From NCBI RefSeq assembly GCF_964355755.1, contig NC_092673.1:16030948-16094947 (forward strand): a DNA stretch of 64,000 nt, written 5' to 3'. Source of the DNA: Antedon mediterranea. Its lineage: Eukaryota; Animalia; Echinodermata. Shown here in pieces: positions 61,201 to 64,000 of the stretch. The first letter of the stretch is position 1. Each line of letters opens with the position of its first letter. Position numbers and translations under genes: made by a program. The notes under the pieces are model-generated. The model was not told the DNA's origin, did not search any database, and saw only the letters and a program-made list of their open reading frames with translations.

Positions 61201-63672
61201 CATGAGATATTCACAAAATCACGTCACCAGTGGATTCCAAACTCGCGACGTCATGTACGTTGTGTTTGTCAACTAATTTACATCTCTCTCCCCTGTCAAA
61301 CGACGACCACCATTGTGATCATTGTGAAATACATTTTTTGTAGATTTTCTAAGCTAGGCCTAAAGTGTAATAATAACAGTAGTAGCATACATTTAATGAA
61401 ATACAAAATTTAGTACAGATACGGAGTCATAAATTATACTATTTTTATACCTCTATAGTACAGATCGTATTATCGGCTTCACGTACAATACTACTCTAGG
61501 CCTAGCCTAATAATAATATGGGCGAGAGCCATTCTGACTAGGGATTCCATGCCACGATGGCTACGTTAAAACAATGGGGCCCATGGGCCTAGCTAGCCTA
61601 CTACTAGACGATTGGCCCATAAATAACAAAACCCATCCTATCAACCAAACTCCTAAACAATCTAAACCTAAAACATTCTACAAAATCGGCTGTAAATATT
61701 GAAGCAAAACAAGGTCCGATCGCCGTCCACACGTATGGTGTCCCGATCGTCTAAGTAGGCCTAAAATAAATAGGTTTAGTTTACTCTCCAAAAAAGCGGA
61801 TACTCATGCATCAAGCAAGTAGACCAGGTAGTAGGAAGGAGACCAGCCGATCCGGCCCAGTTAAAAATTGAGCTAGCTAGTGTAGTAGACCCTATGCGAA
61901 TTGATACTACCAGGCCTTTTACTATAGGCTGCACTACACAAATATTCAAACTCTCTCATTCGAGCTATATTATCTATACCATTCCGGTAGGTCGAGTCGA
62001 CCTTCAATCAAATACTGTACATCGTTCATGTTGTGATTATAGACGGGGTATACTCGACCCGACCAGTTTGGTATTGTTGTATCTGCTTATCACGTGACGA
62101 TGCCAGGCATGGGCAGCAGAGAGAGCACGTGTATCGTCGTCTCGCTCGATCCTCAGCAGGAATGTACAGTATACGTTACGCTTCATTGATTTTGATTTTT
62201 CCCTAAGTCGGTGCGAAAATCGGCAAACGTAAAGTGCAAACATATCTAATTTTTCACTGTTTTGATGAATTTTCATAAAAAATTGACTTTATAAATGGGA
62301 AGACCGACTAAAATTACATCAGATAAGTATAATTTTACAAAATTAATTGATATGGTTTATGATAACGAGTCGTCGGAAGATGGACCATTTCACGAATTTC
62401 CTATTTTGTAACCACAGTGTGATTTTGCCGTAGCTGCACTTGTAATCTGGCCTGATTTCACAGCCTTCGTTCTGCTTCACTGGGCGCTTATATAAATTGA
62501 AACTTTTACCGTTCAAGAGACAAACAAATATATTTTACATTTTTTACTATTCATTTTAAACCCGGAACCCCCCTTTAAGACAGTGGAACCGTAATCCAGT
62601 CATAATATCAACAAAGGTTCAAGATTCACCTGCTCCATGTTTCTGGTAGAACGAGTCTTCTTGGATAAGGACTATAAACTGTAATTTCAGTTTACATAAA
62701 TGCTTGTGTGCACTTTGAAGAACCTAGTACATACATTTATAAGGATGAGTAGGGGTTACCTCAGTTTACTTGTTCACACACAGCCACTGTCTTAGAATTG
62801 GCAACAATGACTTGACATGACCCTAAGGGGAAAAGAACTATTATGAAAGATTTATATTTATTTTTACTTTATAATTTTATATTAGAATTGTTAATCCCTG
62901 CCGAAATATATGCCAAAGGTGCAGATGCAATTAAGATATATAAAGATGAGCTAGAAAATGGTGAAATTACAGTTGTAAATGCAAGGTGTATGTTCCTTGG
63001 AAAAGAAGGTGCAGGCAAGACTAGTTGTGTAAAGCGCATGCTTGGAGAAAGGTAACAAGTAAAATAGATGTGTGTATATGTAGGAACTCATATTTTTTTT
63101 TAAACTAAAAAAAAAACCAAAGAACCTGTGTTTATATCAAGCCCCAACTTTGGGTATTGTTGACTTGCTTTGTCCTATTGTAAACTAAAGTCTATTGTGT
63201 CTTAGTTCACACACCGCTGGTTTATAATCTTGTGATGACCAATCACCTCAGACTATGCTACTTTATATTCCACTTATCTTTACTTATACCTAGCATTCTT
63301 CAGAAGATGGTTGTAGCAAACATCCAAACGTCAAGACATAATTTATTTCCTTTTGGAAACACATGGTGTACCACAAACTTAACTTTACTAGACACCAAGA
63401 CAATTTATTCTCTGCTCAAAAATTGCAAATAAATGTTTTTGGAATTTTTGGAAATTTAGAAACCAAAATATAAAAAAGTAATCTGATTGTGATTTTTTAA
63501 ATTTAATTTTTATGATTAAAGATGTATAAATATGAAGTTTCAACTTTACTAATACATTGTAATATTAGATTCAATTCCAGAGAACCATCTACGGATGGTA
63601 TAGTTACTGCAACAGTGTTCCAAGTAACTAAGGAGGATTCTAGCAACTGGAAAAAGATAAAAGATATAGATG
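58268..63672 (+). CDS. Gene 2 (5' part, truncated by the window): ankyrin-Roc Roco paralogue
   Basis: Exons 58268-58275, 58538-58631 (N-cap), 58823-58930 (DGDTPLHEYLRTVNPTLDIVTCLIQNDTSAATLQNK), 59096-59203 (DGDTPLHEYLSKVNPTLDIVTCLVQNDTSAATLKNK), 60836-60920 (C-cap), 62886-63051 (GKEGAGKT), 63569-63672 (STDGI). All phases are consistent. Confidence 0.88.
59517..60416 (+). repeat. 82-bp tandem repeat, about 11 copies
   Basis: Unit tttatttctggttccactcctgggtaccctgatttcagttccattttgaatttgtcatcaaaaagagcaattatatataatg. Confidence 0.95.
61011..62573. mobile_element. Non-autonomous TIR element with TTAA TSD (Kolobok-like)
   Basis: ttaa-AGGGGGATTCTGGGTTTAAAA ... TTTTAAACCCGGAACCCCCT-ttaa. Confidence 0.82.
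62580..62830 (+). mobile_element. Possible degraded SINE
   Basis: A B-box-like ggttcaaga is followed by ggataaggactataaac...gcactttgaagaacc, which resembles invertebrate SINE cores from memory. Not verified. Confidence 0.35.
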
Positions 63673-64000
63673 GTGAGAGTCAAAGAAATTCTAGAAGAAA
63701 ATAGTTTATTAATTTTCATATATGATATGTTTAATCATCTGATGAAGACATTTTTTGAAGATTTGTGTTTGTTTTGTATGCTTTTACTGGCAATTAAGAA
63801 TAAGTAGGCCTTATAAAATAAATTATTTCATCACAATAGTTGCACCAAAAATAACTAGTCATGCTAGCTGCATGTTAACATCCTTTTCTTACATTTGTTA
63901 TAAAGATTGTACTAGAATTTTGCACTCTGTTATGTCAACGTTCCAAAACCTAAATTACATATCAAAACTTATCAATATCCATTTAAAACTTTTGTATTTT

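Overview
This is AT-rich eukaryotic DNA with GT-AG introns and many MITEs and minisatellites, with no prokaryotic features. It looks like a marine invertebrate; the death-fold sequence style suggests an echinoderm, which I cannot verify. The ORF track misses most real coding sequence because the exons are short, so I spliced them by hand. This gives one complete + strand gene (ATG 7992 to TAA 39509, up to about 1337 aa) with the architecture ankyrin repeats - Roc GTPase - COR - tandem death-effector-like domains - Gly/Ser linker - polybasic CaaX (CKLL*). The 5' part of a second ankyrin-Roco paralogue follows (ATG 58268, running off the window). The main finding is the ankyrin region of gene 1. 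It is a tandem array of one-repeat-per-exon, phase 0-0 cassettes whose 219-bp introns are nearly identical, while the exons vary at predicted ligand-binding positions. Dead cassettes lie next to the array, and the same ankyrin module sits on two very divergent Roc domains. Gene 1 also has a pair of apparently mutually exclusive acidic exons inside Roc and an 18-bp repeat exon in which every unit carries AG|GT. Together this suggests a diversifying, membrane-anchored, NLR-like Roco immune receptor family. That function is inferred, not shown.
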